Shown: positions 35,777-47,801 of the stretch, one piece after another
Position numbering within the stretch: the first letter of the stretch is position 1
Layout of the letters: each line of letters begins with the position of its first letter
Origin: Aplysia californica
Taxonomy: Eukaryota
NCBI RefSeq assembly: GCF_000002075.1
Contig: NW_004797494.1
Span: forward strand, 27,465-91,304
Direction: 5' to 3'
DNA: 63,840 nucleotides
Made by a program: the position numbers and the translations under genes
Notes under the pieces: generated by a model
Told to the model about the DNA's origin: nothing
Databases searched by the model: none
The model's input: only the letters and a program-made list of their open reading frames with translations

Positions 35777-36770
35777 CAACAAGTCTGCCAGATAGATGGG
35801 TACTCTACAAACACTTGTCTAGAACAAAAACTAAGGCACAGAAATTAACCATTCTAACACAGAATAAATCTCAAGACATTGAGCTTTTAGTACATCCGCG
35901 TAATGGTTTGCTGTGTCGGATGGGGAAGAAGTTATGTGGTTTCAAGCGTAGACAAAAATTTTACAGCTTAACCGACATCGGCAAAGTCGCTTCAGGGTTC
36001 ATTAACCCCGTGATCCCGAGCCGGGGAGCCCCGGCAGACTGCTGAGTCACGCTAACTAAAAGTAACATCCATTTTTTATCAACACAACTTTCAACATGAA
36101 ACGCCAGACAGAAAGAGTTGCAGGAGAATATGATCATTATAGTTGCAATATTACAGAACATTACTACAACAAAGACAAAATCCTGTACATCAAGTATGAT
36201 CAAGGCAATTCTAACTTGGGGAATTTTACTTTAAACCAATTTTTGATTGAGGCATCGCGGAAGAAAGACATGAGTAGAAATCTGATCGCACGATATATAA
36301 ATATAAATATATAATATATGTATAGAATGTGAACAGCATGTGCATAGAGACAAAAGAAAACTCACTAATAACTTTACCAAATTTCTAATGAAACGAAACA
36401 AGAGGATAAACTGTTGGCTCACCGCTTCCCATAGCTTGTAACCGAAAAAACCCCCCGGAGATATCGATCGATAAAGCACATCCCGTAAATACACAGGATT
36501 AGGCCACCGGGCCAGAGGGGCGTCCTGTAAATACACCGGAATAGGCTCAAGTGAGTTAATAACACGTTCCCTTTCTGCAACTGCCAAAACCCATCGTAAA
36601 TTGGGAAATAGAGTCTAGTATAAAAACGGTGAAGAAATTGAAATAGGCAGGGGTGCTGGTTTGGCGTTTCTCCTACGGTATGTCTATGGCCAGCGGCGTA
36701 GGGAGCGGTCAGTGAGCTGACCCAACAGCCAGACAGGTCTACAGAACAAGCTGATAGGTCGGACATGTCT

Positions 36771-37305
36771 TGGGGGGGGGGGGGGGGGGGTAAGTGTTTT
36801 ACGGCGCTCGCAACTGCATAAGGTCATATGAATATGAGCGCGTGGAACACACTAAACATTTTCAGTTGGTAGGAAATTTGGAATTTTACTCGGGTGGCGG
36901 CTGAAGCCTACTCTTATCGCTTTTAGAACACCAAGGGATCTTTAACAGCATGCGCAACTTGCACATGAGACCTCTGAGATTTTTCACCCTTGTCCAAGAC
37001 GGCTAGGTGTAGATATTTCCTACAAGAAGATGAAGGGTGTGGCTGAAAGACAGCGGAAAGAAGGAGCCAAGGGGAAGCAGTAGAAAGGCTACAGAAAGAG
37101 TCAGGAGCCCAGAGGTGGGGGCAGAAAGTGGAGACGAAATCAGACAACAGAACATTGTTAAAGAGAAGGAAAGGATGTGAAAGGAGACAATTTCAGGGAA
37201 GAACATTTTTTTCGGTCGCTACCCGGATTCAAATCCGGGACCTCTGAAAGAGAGGTGAACAGCTAAACCTCTAGGCCACAAGACACCCCCCCCCCCCCCC
37301 CCCCA
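36771..37305 (-). mobile_element. tRNA-headed SINE (family C) with the shared hairpin tail, just after the SKAP stop
   Basis: TGGCCTAGAGG and GATTTGAATCC box-like motifs; TSD GACATGTCT; a related 3'-truncated copy at 49279-49665 (+). Confidence 0.85.
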
Positions 37306-37316
37306 GACATGTCTGT

Positions 37317-37873
37317 CTACGGCACAAGCTGATAGGCCGGATGCATGAATGTTTTGGGAACTAGGCCAATCTTGCCGTCCAGCTCCCCGATCCACCAATC
37401 ATCTCTGTCCAACTCTCGGTTGATGATGTGAACCATGTCGCCCCGCTCAAAGCTCAGCTCATTGGCCGAGGTAGCTTTGCACGCCCAGACGCCCAGATAC
37501 ATGTTCTCAAAGTCCTCAGCCGGGGGGTGTGTCATTGACAGCAGGCTCGGTGTCCGCTTCTTTTTCTCCTGTGGGATGTCGGGGAGAGAGATCTTGGGCA
37601 CGGGCGGGAGAGGGGTGTTCCTCACCGGGAGCTCGGGGGGAATGACTGACGCGGCGGGCTGGATAGGCGGCAGAGGCCGGGGGGAAGCGGGCGGGGGAGG
37701 GGGATCGGATCCCGCTGAGGACTCGAGCATCGGTGGTGGCGGCTCCAAAAACTCGTAGATCTCGTCGGCCTCCATGATCTCCTGCTCTTCAATCTTCTCA
37801 CTTCTGTTGTCGGGGGCGATGGGTGGAGGGGCAGCAGACGTCATGGCATCATCGTTGAACGCTTCGTACACGT
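37317..37873 (-). CDS. SKAP2: SKAP-like last exon (Tyr motifs, Pro-rich linker, SH3)
   Basis: MYLGVWACKA...ELSFERGD...WWIGELDGKIGLVPKTF matches the SKAP-type SH3; cccacag acceptor, phase 1. Confidence 0.88.
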
Positions 37874-37904
37874 CTGTGGGGGAAAAAGACAGACTTGGGC
37901 TGTG

Positions 37905-38228
37905 AGGGATACAACATCCCAGCAGACAGACAGAGAGATACAGAGATACAACATCCCAGCAGACAGACAGAGAGATACAGAGATACAACATCCCAGCAGA
38001 CAGACAGAGGGATACAACATCCCAGCAGACAGACAGAGGGATACAGTATCCCAGCAGACAGACAGAGGGATACAACATCCCAGCAGACAGACAGAGGGAT
38101 ACAGTATCCCAGCAGACAGAGGGATACAACATCCCAGCAGACATTCTGAGAGATACAACATCCCAGCAGACATTCTGAGAGATACAATATCCCAGCAGAC
38201 AGACAGAGGGATACAATATCCCAGCAGA
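37905..38228 (-). repeat. ~30-bp minisatellite directly upstream of the SKAP last-exon acceptor
   Basis: Unit gatacaacatcccagcagacagacagagg on the plus strand. Confidence 0.9.
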
Positions 38229-38475
38229 ACGATAGTATGGGTGAGGAAAGAAAAAGCAGCAGTTTCCCCTATGTTGTTCCAGCACTGTATGAGCATGACA
38301 TTGATAAATCAGTCCACTTACAATTCTACTATGCATAAGAACAGGTTACTATCCCCCCCCCCATCCCTTTTGGGAAAGGCCTAAACACAACTTCAGTAAG
38401 TAGCACTGCCCTGGGGGGGGGATTAGTTGTCAGAAATGTCGTCACCCACCCTCTGGCCGCCCACAGTCGACTCAC

Positions 38476-38563
38476 CATCTACATCATCTTGCGGCAGTTC
38501 CCCGCTGACAGCTACGATGGCGTCGCGCCACGCCTCCATATCCTGCTTGTTGTCTGCACAAAA
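38476..38563 (-). CDS. SKAP2: SKAP-like exon (PH C-terminal helix)
   Basis: FCADNKQDMEAWRDAI; ggcag acceptor, GTGAGT donor. Confidence 0.88.
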
Positions 38564-40025
38564 CTGCCGAACAATCCAGACATAAACGACATTGCACATC
38601 ACCACAGTTTATGATGACAGTTACCTCAAAGCTCCACCCGGACGTGTGTATGTGTGCGCGCGCGTGTGTGTGTGTGTGTGTGAGTGTGCGTGTGTGTGTG
38701 AAAAAATGGTGAAATGGTATAGGTTTAACGCCCCTATCAACACTATTAGGTTATTTAAGGAGCGGGACCTCCTAGTTTAACGTCCGTCTCCGAAAGGACC
38801 GAGCCAAGTGGGAAGTTTGTGTAAAGTGCCTTTCCCAAGGACACAANNNNNNNNNNNNNNNNNNNNNNNNNNNNNNNNNNNNNNNNNNNNNNNNNNNNNN
38901 NNNNNNNNNNNNNNNNNNNNNNNNNNNNNNNNNNNNNNNNNNNNNNNGTGTGTGTGTAAGTGTGTGTGTGTGTGAGTGTGTGTGTGAGTGTGTGTGTGTG
39001 TGTGAGTGTGTGTGTTTATGTGTGTGTGTGCCCGGTCTGCCAGTGTCCTCATCCACCCTCTAGAGCTCAGGTCTCAGAGCCTCTTGCTCTGTCTCTCGCT
39101 GTCTCTGTCTGTCTCTGTCTGTCTTACTTTGCCTCTGTCTATCTTCATTATCTGTCTCTGTCTTTGTCTCTCTCTCTCTGTCTATCTCCATTTTTATCTC
39201 TGTCTTTCTTTGTGTTTCTCTGTTATCTGTCTGTCAGTCTGTCAATCTGTCTGTCTGTCGACTCTTCAAACCCCCAGTGTAACTCATAAGAACTACAGTA
39301 CAACCATAGACTACACCAGCCCCCAACGAGGCCACAAACCTTTTTTCAAAAAACACATATTGATTTGGTCACTTTTAAGTACAAGGGGGCTTTCCCGAAA
39401 AATGCGGTTTTGAGAAAACCGGAGGTACATATAAAACTTTTGGACCCTTATTCAGTACCTTTAAAAGACAAGGAGAGTTTTCTCTATAACCAAACAATTA
39501 TACACACTCATGAAACCAAACTTCTCCTATAGGTAGGGCAATGCCCACCATTGGGACAGGTCAAGATTTCTGGACACCCCCAAAATCTGGGTTAGCCCGC
39601 TTGTCTTTAAAAGCGACCATTTATACAGCCCTCAGTTCCCGCACGTCCGGGTAAGGATGAATTTACGATTCAATAACAAATCCTAAAACATTGAAGGGAT
39701 TGCTCACGATCGCTGACCAAAGTTTGGCAAAGACGTGAGTCATAATTGTTTTTTCCCCGGATAATCAACACTGCTAGATCTATGGTGTTCTGAGTGGGCC
39801 ACAGATGACAATATCCAACTACACACCCGCCTTGTCACACAATGAGTTGTTCCCCATCTAAACTACACACCCGTCTAATCAAGTAATCAAACCATGAAAT
39901 CCCACAAAGAGTTGTTCCCCTTCTAAACTACACACCCACCTAGTCAAGCCATGATATCCCACAAAGAGTTGTTCCCCTTCCAAGCATGGACAAAGCCTGT
40001 AGAACAAAACAAGACAGCCAACTAC

Positions 40026-40120
40026 CTGATACGTCTTCTTCCCCGGCCCCACCAGCTCAAAACTTGCTTCTTTCTTCGCAGCATCTTTCACATTTTGTGG
40101 AGCATTGACGACTTCATATC
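40026..40120 (-). CDS. SKAP2: SKAP-like exon (PH)
   Basis: GYEV...KDAAKKEASFELVGPGKKTYQ; gtacag acceptor, GTAGTT donor. Confidence 0.9.
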
Positions 40121-40614
40121 CTGTACAAAGTTCGGAAAAAAACATATGTGAGACATCGAGGTGAAACCAGGCGCTCTTCATTAGAAGGAAATTAAAGAAA
40201 TCGGCAACTTTTTGGCGAAGGGCAATTTTGTCTAATTTTTCTTTGTTTTTTTCCCTCAACACCTTTTATGTCCCTTAAAAAACACATTTTTGCATGGATT
40301 TTACTGAAAAACATTGATGAAAGGTACAAAAAATGTAAATTTTCAATGTAGAAGAGTTCCGGAGATCAGCTACTAAAACATGGCCGACTAGTAAACATGA
40401 CGTTGCATTTTGCAGCCTCACACCCAGTCTGTCTAAATCAATGTTCTACTGATTACTCCTAATCCTACAAATCCCTATGACATGCACCATTTTCAGCAAA
40501 GTTCACAGTCAAGTGGAATTGCAAACGCACAGTAAGGAAGAAAAAGAAGGAAAGAAGAGGAAATGAAGGCAAAAGCGACAAGCACGTTTGTGAGAGTGTG
40601 CGCCCGGTACGTAC

Positions 40615-40725
40615 CTGTGACAAAGAAGGCTCCCTTCTGTTTCTTGTCCGAGGGCTTCTTGAAGCAGTACAGGATGTTCTTGTGTAGCACACAGTACTGC
40701 TTCTGCCAGGTGGAGAATAGCAGGT
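40615..40725 (-). CDS. SKAP2: SKAP-like exon (PH)
   Basis: WQKQYCVLHKNILYCFKKPSDKKQKGAF; ccccag acceptor, GTACGT donor. Confidence 0.9.
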
Positions 40726-40921
40726 CTGGGGGGAGAGGGAGGAGAGGTAAGAGAGGGAGGAGAGGGAGGAGAGGGGGGAGAGGGTAAGAGAGGAAGGAGA
40801 GGGGGGAGAGGGAGGAGAGGGAGGAGAGGGGGGAGAGGTAGGAGAGGGGGGAGAGGGAGGAGAGGGAGGGGAGAGGGGGGGAGGGAGCCACAGACCCACA
40901 CCTTCTTGTCTCATGGTTGTC

Positions 40922-41102
40922 TTTTTTTGTGTGTTAGTAAGCGTTTTACAGCATTCGCAACACAATAAGGTCATATAAGTGCCGAAGATTAGAGGCGTTA
41001 CAAGATAGTAACAAACATAAAAAAGAAGGAGGAGAGATAAAGGCGATTGTTTGATAGGAAAGAAGGAGCAAACCACACCAGAGCACCCGCCAACCACCCA
41101 CG
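40922..41102 (-). mobile_element. Short retroelement family A
   Basis: Complete head and tail on the minus strand. Confidence 0.88.
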
Positions 41103-41737
41103 TCTGGGATTCAAACCAGGGCCATGCCCCCTGTAGTCCCACGTGCTAGCAGCTGAGGCAAGGGAAGGCCCACAGTGCCAGTTACCTTCACAAGTTGATC
41201 AAAGTTGACGTTACAAAATCTGTGTCTTCTGAGCACTTAATGTGTATACACATGTTTGTGAATACGTATTTATAATATATGTATCTGAGCAGATGTCTTT
41301 ACGACTTTACATGTCCGTGTATATGTATATATATATATATATACAACACAAAATATGTATCTGAGTAGATGTGTATACCTGTCTGTGTATACATGAGGAT
41401 CTAGCAAATACAATTCTCTATAACCCCTCCGCCCCATGCCACCACCCCACCCCACCCCACCACTCCACCCCCCCCATCCACCACCCCACCCCACCCCACC
41501 ACTCCGCCCCCCCCCCACCCCACCCACCCACCCACCCCACTCCACCCCTTCCCCTGCAATGACCGCCCTCCTAAATAAATTTTCCAGATGAGATTAAAAA
41601 CATTCAAATACCAACATATTTCTTACTGAAGTTTTCGATGTCAAGATCTTCCTCCAATAATAGCATATAAAAATCTGCCAATCTTTGAGGAAATAAAAAT
41701 GGCCAATCAGCCGTCACATATGAAAAGAACAACCAAC

Positions 41738-41809
41738 CTTTCTGCTTCCTGTCCAGGAATCCCATCTTGGTCGAGTCATTGAGAGCCTTCACGGTAGTTT
41801 CCGGAATAT
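41738..41809 (-). CDS. SKAP2: SKAP-like exon (PH start)
   Basis: KMGFLDRKQK; ttgcag acceptor, GTTGGT donor; 72 nt, phase 1. Confidence 0.85.
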
Positions 41810-41962
41810 CTGCAAACGACAAACACAGATTGGAAAAGGGACAGTGCACTGGGAGGTTTCTCCCTATCCCACCAGTGAGCAAACGTCAACTACTACAGCT
41901 GACAAGACGGTGAGATAAATACAAGTACATCTACAAGATGTTTTCCAAACTGACCACCAAAT

Positions 41963-42396
41963 GTGAGGCAGCGCGGTGGAATCAGGCTCTCGTCAAAATA
42001 ATGAAATCAAAGAAAACAGCAGTTTTCTCCCTGCTTAGCAATTTTTATCCAATTTTTTTTTTTTCGGCTCAACACCTTTTATGTCCATTTACAAACACAT
42101 TCCTTTGAGGATTTCACCGAAAATGTTGATTAAAGGCACAAAAATATAGATTTACAGTTTCCATGGACTCTCCAGCTTTGGAATTTACCAAGCTTTTACT
42201 GCCATTTTCTGGCTAATGTTACCTCTTAAATCAGGTGACCTCCACCTCCTTCACTCCAAAATATCTCCACTTCTATTGAAGATGGATGGGTAATTTTTTC
42301 ATTGAAAGAAAGACAAATGAACAAGCTTTAAGATGATACCAATAGTTCAATATGCTGAAAAATTGATGAGAGCCTGATTCCACCACGCTGCCTCAC
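41963..42396. mobile_element. MITE, same TIR family as 33744-34139
   Basis: GTGAGGCAGCGCGGTGGAATCAGGCTCTC TIR, TSD AAAT; related remnants at 40148-40421 and near 45320-45480. Confidence 0.87.
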
Positions 42397-43639
42397 AAAT
42401 TGTAATCTGAGGACATACATGCTTAGCATTCTGCACATCCGAACTTTCGTAAAACTGTCAAAGAGATCCCACACTGAGGTCAAAAATGGGAACTACAATA
42501 TTAGCTAAAGCCAAAAATAATACACGCCACGATGGTTTGCTTTATGCAAAATAACGTTCTCCACGATCAATGTGAAGTGTTAGAGTAAGTTATTGATGTG
42601 CAGACATTGTCATAAGCGCCAGTTGAAAGTCCTGGGCTCATTTCTTCAATAGTAGTTGTTGAATCAAGGCATACACTGAAACATACATACAAGCGAACAC
42701 ACACATACACACACACACACACACACANNNNNNNNNNNNNNNNNNNNNNNNNNNNNNNNNNNNNNNNNNNNNNNNNNNNNNNNNNNNNNNNNNNNNNNNN
42801 NNNNNNNNNNNNNNNNNNNNNNNNNNNNNNNNNNNNNNNNNNNNNNNNNNNNNNNNNNNNNNNNNNNNNNNNNNNNNNNNNNNNNNNNNNNNNNNNNNNN
42901 NNNNNNNNNNNNNNNNNNNNNNNNNNNNNNNNNNNNNNNNNNNNNNNNNNNNNNNNNNNNNNNNNNNNNNNNNNNNNNNNNNNNNNNNNNNNNNNNNNNN
43001 NNNNNNNNNNNNNNNNNNNNNNNNNNNNNNNNNNNNNNNNNNNNNNNNNNNNNNNNNNNNNNNNNNNNNNNNNNNNNNNNNNNNNNNNNNNNNNNNNNNN
43101 NNNNNNNNNNNNNNNNNNNNNNNNNNNNNNNNNNNNNNNNNNNNNNNNNNNNNNNNNNNNNNNNNNNNNNNNNNNNNNNNNNNNNNNNNNNNNNNNNNNN
43201 NNNNNNNNNNNNNNNNNNNNNNNNNNNNNNNNNNNNNNNNNNNNNNNNNNNNNNNNNNNNNNNNNNNNNNNNNNNNNNNNNNNNNNNNNNNNNNNNNNNN
43301 NNNNNNNNNNNNNNNNNNNNNNNNNNNNNNNNNNNNNNNNNNNNNNNNNNNNNNNNNNNNNNNNNNNNNNNNNNNNNNNNNNNNNNNNNNNNNNNNNNNN
43401 NNNNNNNNNNNNNNNNNNNNNNNNNNNNNNNNNNNNNNNNNNNNNNNNNNNNNNNNNNNNNNNNNNNNNNNNNNNNNNNNNNNNNNNNNNNNNNNNNNNN
43501 NNNNNNNNNNNNNNNNNNNNNNNNNNNNNNNNNNNNNNNNNNNNNNNNNNNNNNNNNNNNNNNNNNNNNNNNNNNNNNNNNNNNNNNNNNNNNNNNNNNN
43601 NNNNNNNNNNNNNNNNNNNNNNNNNNTATGACATGATGG

Positions 43640-43673
<34 letters not shown>

Positions 43674-43732
43674 AGAGGGAGATAGAGTATGTGAGAGAAA
43701 GAGAGTGTGTAAGTTAGAGAGTGAGAGAGAGA

Positions 43733-43788
<56 letters not shown>

Positions 43789-43815
43789 GAGAGAGATAAA
43801 GAAGGAAGCACCCAC

Positions 43816-43875
43816 TGTCAGAATAGTTGTCTTCTTCGCTGCCCTGACTGCTCCCTGTCGTATTCCGAGACTCAT
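43816..43875 (-). CDS. SKAP2: SKAP-like exon (acidic linker)
   Basis: DESRNTTGSSQGSEEDNYSD; tttcag acceptor, GTGGGT donor; 60 nt, phase 1; further exons may be hidden in the gap 42728-43626. Confidence 0.65.
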
Positions 43876-44373
43876 CTGAAAGGAAAAAAAATCCGACAAA
43901 TAACATTTCTTCAAAATCTCTACCAATACTGAAACACAATGAAAGGACATCTGTAAAATGCAGGAAATGTAAGTACAAATGTATACGTATTATAGTAAAG
44001 AGTCTCCTGCTACATGGTTAGTGAGACACAAACATCGCAGACAGAAGGACCAGGACTAGAGAAACGATGGTACTTTGTTGAAGACAAAAAAAGCTGATGA
44101 GAGCGCAAGAGGAAATAGTCTATACCTGCATACAGAAATACAAACCTTGTAATTTTTGCTATTAGAAGATTTGATCACTTTCATTATTTCATTTCTTGTT
44201 ATACAGATACATATATATATATGCCATGTGTATACTTCATAAATTATATTGATATGAGTCTGGCATTTCTTCCAATGGGAGATTAATAGACTATATTACC
44301 AGGTCTGTCCCACGGAAAACCGGAAAAGGTCCATAAAAGCAACAATCTTTTATCTTATTTTCAAAAACTTTAC

Positions 44374-44547
44374 CTATAGAAAGGTCCTTTCCACTGGAAG
44401 CGCTGCCTTCATCTCCAGTCGCTGGCGCTAAACCTGGGTAGTCGGCAAACAGTTTCTGCAAAACTTCTGTGATTCTTGATTTTTCTTTCTGGCCATTTTT
44501 GCTCAAACTCTCCGACTTAAGGGTGGATCCAAGGAATTTGTTCACCT
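44374..44547 (-). CDS. SKAP2: SKAP-like exon 2 (dimerisation domain)
   Basis: EVNKFLGSTLKSESLSKNGQKEK resembles SKAP 'DVE.F....LK.E.LSK.A.EK'; phase 1. Confidence 0.85.
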
Positions 44548-45262
44548 CTGAAATAAAATAGAATGTTGCGTCATTCTTCTAGACATCTTTTAAGATACGG
44601 TAACTGTTTAAATGTCAAGACAGTTACTAATTTATAAAAACCAACTGCAACATTTTTCCNNNNNNNNNNNNNNNNNNNNNNNNNNNNNNNNNNNNNNNNN
44701 NNNNNNNNNNNNNNNNNNNNNNNNNNNNNNNNNNNNNNNNNNNNNNNNNNNNNNNNNNNNNNNNNNNNNNNNNNNNNNNNNNNNNNNNNNNNNNNNNNNN
44801 NNNNNNNNNNNNNNNNNNNNNNNNNNNNNNNNNNNNNNNNNNNNNNNNNNNNNNNNNNNNNNNNNNNNNNNNNNNNNNNNTGTACAGAGTGACAAAAAGA
44901 GACAGAGAAGGGAAAGCAATGGGGGTGATGAGTGGGTTGAGGTGCTTTCACAGATATTTTGTAAAGAAGGAACGTTTTTAAGTCCACAAAAATGGACTCA
45001 TATTAATGAATTTGAAATCTAGTTTCAAATAGAATTTAACGGCTTCGCTAGTTGCTAGGAAGAAGGACGGTAAAAGATAACGTTCTGGTAGTGGACAGCT
45101 AGACAGGTGGAGGACAGACAGACAGATAGAAAGAAAGATACATAGCAAAGAGAGATTTACGCNNNNNNNNNNNNNNNNNNNNNNNNNNNNNNNNNNNNNN
45201 NNNNNNNNNNNNNNNNNNNNNNNNNNNNNNNNNNNNNNNNNNNNNNNNNNNNNNNNNNNNNN

Positions 45263-45322
<60 letters not shown>

Positions 45323-45596
45323 TCAATATTTGGGCATGTAGAGCTACTGTTATCATCTTAAAGCTTGTGTGCATTTCACTCACATTTGATTTTTTTTTAA
45401 ATACCCACCTGTCTTTAACAGAAATGGAGATGTTTGCAATGTGGACATCGCCTAGTTTCAAAGTTAGCTTAAACTTAAGTAAGTCAAGAAGGTTCCCAAT
45501 GGATACCTTAACTAAAAAAACAAAAAAACAAAAAACAAACAAACTAGACTATAATAAATAGATTATTTTATGTTGAGATGAGAGGAGAGTAATTAC

Positions 45597-45636
45597 CTGC
45601 CAATACACGCTTTATGGCTTCGTTGTAAGCCGACAT
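45597..45636 (-). CDS. SKAP2: SKAP-like coding exon 1
   Basis: MSAYNEAIKRVLA then GTAATT donor; phase 1 joins exon 2; resembles SKAP 'I..LL.D/E' helix. Confidence 0.75.
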
Positions 45637-46674
45637 TCTGCAGGCTTGGAGACTCTTTTTTATCCGTCTCTATCTGTGTGCTTTAACATCCACAATCACC
45701 TCGTTTAGCTCTCAATATGTATCCACTATCTCTCTCTTCTGACTCCAATTTCAACAGTGAATGTCTAAGACTAAGAAGACAACTTTACACCTTAATCTGT
45801 GACCAACTGTTGATGTCAAAAGTCCAGTCCGAAAAAAACACACACACACCAATTTCACTCAGACACTAAATTATCTTGGCCTACGCAAGCCTTCTTGTAC
45901 CAACCAGGAAGTGGGCATCTACTGTCATTATCATGTGTGAAGGTCTAGATCTAAACCATATTCGAAAGTCTGGACACAAACACACAAATATCTAAACCAG
46001 GAAGAAAACTTGAGAGATGCGAAAAAAAGAAAAAGAAGTAAGGAGCAACAGGCCAGTCCCCCACAATTTACTTCCTGATTGTCTTGTAGCTGTGTAGCTT
46101 TTAGATAGCAGGCAGTTCGAGCAGTACATGAAGGGCTCTTGCCTACTTTCGTTTGTCTGTGTTAAAAATAAATAAATTCTTCTAGCTCATTTGTATTGCT
46201 AATANNNNNNNNNNNNNNNNNNNNNNNNNNNNNNNNNNNNNNNNNNNNNNNNNNNNNNNNNNNNNNNNNNNNNNNNNNNNNNNNNNNNNNNNNNNNNNNN
46301 NNNNNNNNNNNNNNNNNNNNNNNNNNNNNNNNNNNNNNNNNNNNNNNNNNNNNNNNNNNNNNNNNNNNNNNNNNNNNNNNNNNNNNNNNNNNNNNNNNNN
46401 NNNNNNNNNNNNNNNNNNNNNNNNNNNNNNNNNNNNNNNNNNNNNNNNNNNNNNNNNNNNNNNNNNNNNNNNNNNNNNNNNNNNNNNNNNNNNNNNNNNN
46501 NNNNNNNNNNNNNNNNNNNNNNNNNNNNNNNNNNNNTTCTTCTTCTGACTCTCGCTAACGCCTCATTTTCAACAGAGATGTGCATATTATACTCCATTTA
46601 TCTGCTCTCTTTTTGTTTATTTTTTTTTTGTTCCACACAGTTTGTTGTTGTTATCGATCCAGGTTCCACACAGT

Positions 46675-46751
<77 letters not shown>

Positions 46752-46950
46752 CACTTCTATAGCGCCCACTCCCTGATCCTGGTAGCTCTTTATAGCGCTT
46801 CACAATAAAATAAGATTCAAATAAACGTTTCATAAATACACGACAAGTACACAATACACATGTAATAATGGCTTGGGTCTGGCTTATTCAACGTAGATCT
46901 GCGTACGATTCTTTCAAACACACACTCTAGAAATCTGATGAAGAACAAAT

Positions 46951-47801
46951 CAGTGGCGGTGGGTAGTGAAGGGCTCACGGGCTTGAGCCCCTACCCCCTC
47001 CCCAACCACCACCCCCAACTCTATCCCAAAGTAAACGAAAGTTTCTCCATAATGAAATAAGCAGTTGAAACCGTTATGACCGTACGCAATGAACACAGAG
47101 CGATCAACCTGGCGGCTTGCTCGCTTATCCAATCACTGTTGTCCCCGCTTACAACTTAATAGTAACCCAGCAGCCAATCAAATGTCTTTAGGGCTCAGCA
47201 AATATGAGCCCTTTTCCCACAGTCCGTCCTTAATGAAACTCTTCTTGTAAAAAGGTAGAAGACTGGGGAAAAATAACACTGTACCACAGAATTCTACACT
47301 TAGAGTGTAGAATTCTGTGCACTGTACCGAGGGCTCACGCCCTCCTAGCCCTGACAATGGGGTGAAAGTTTACGACACACTTTCCCCTACTGACACAGAT
47401 ACCTATGCGCTCATTGGTTCTTTGTTGGGTGCGTTCAACTTTCTCGACTACACGGCCTAATCCAGCTCATAGAAGTATTATGTTTGAAGTGCTGTGTGTG
47501 TAAGTTTGTGTTTGTGCTGCTGAGATTTAACAGTTATAACTTTTTCATCACACGAAAACTAATTAGAGGAAATTTGGAGCTGAATCGGTTTCATTCCCAC
47601 CATCAACAAGAATTTAACTAAGAACAAAGAGATGGAAAACAAAGGCAACTCTTCTCGTTTGAATGGTTCTCAAACTGCCGTGGCTCACCGTGAGCACAGA
47701 AAAATCATCACTGTTTAATTCTTATTGCTTGCTATTTGGTGGTAAAAAAAACTGGAAGAAACCTAAGCCCCACCCAAATTTTGGTCCACCCACCGCCACT
47801 G
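46951..47801. mobile_element. Non-autonomous hAT-like element
   Basis: TIR CAGTGGCGGTGGGT...ACCCACCGCCACTG, 8-bp TSD GAACAAAT. Confidence 0.88.
47285..47319. mobile_element. 35-bp palindromic insertion with 8-bp TSD
   Basis: CACAGAATTCTACACT-TAG-AGTGTAGAATTCTGTG flanked by CACTGTAC on both sides. Confidence 0.8.

Noticed and set aside
42590-42675. Extra SKAP exon (DSTTTIEEMSPGLSTGAYDN)
   Set aside because: The nearest acceptor gives the wrong phase with an in-frame stop; cannot be resolved next to the gap
42567-43978. Long ORFs of 400+ aa
   Set aside because: Mostly N-gap and (CT)n microsatellite translation
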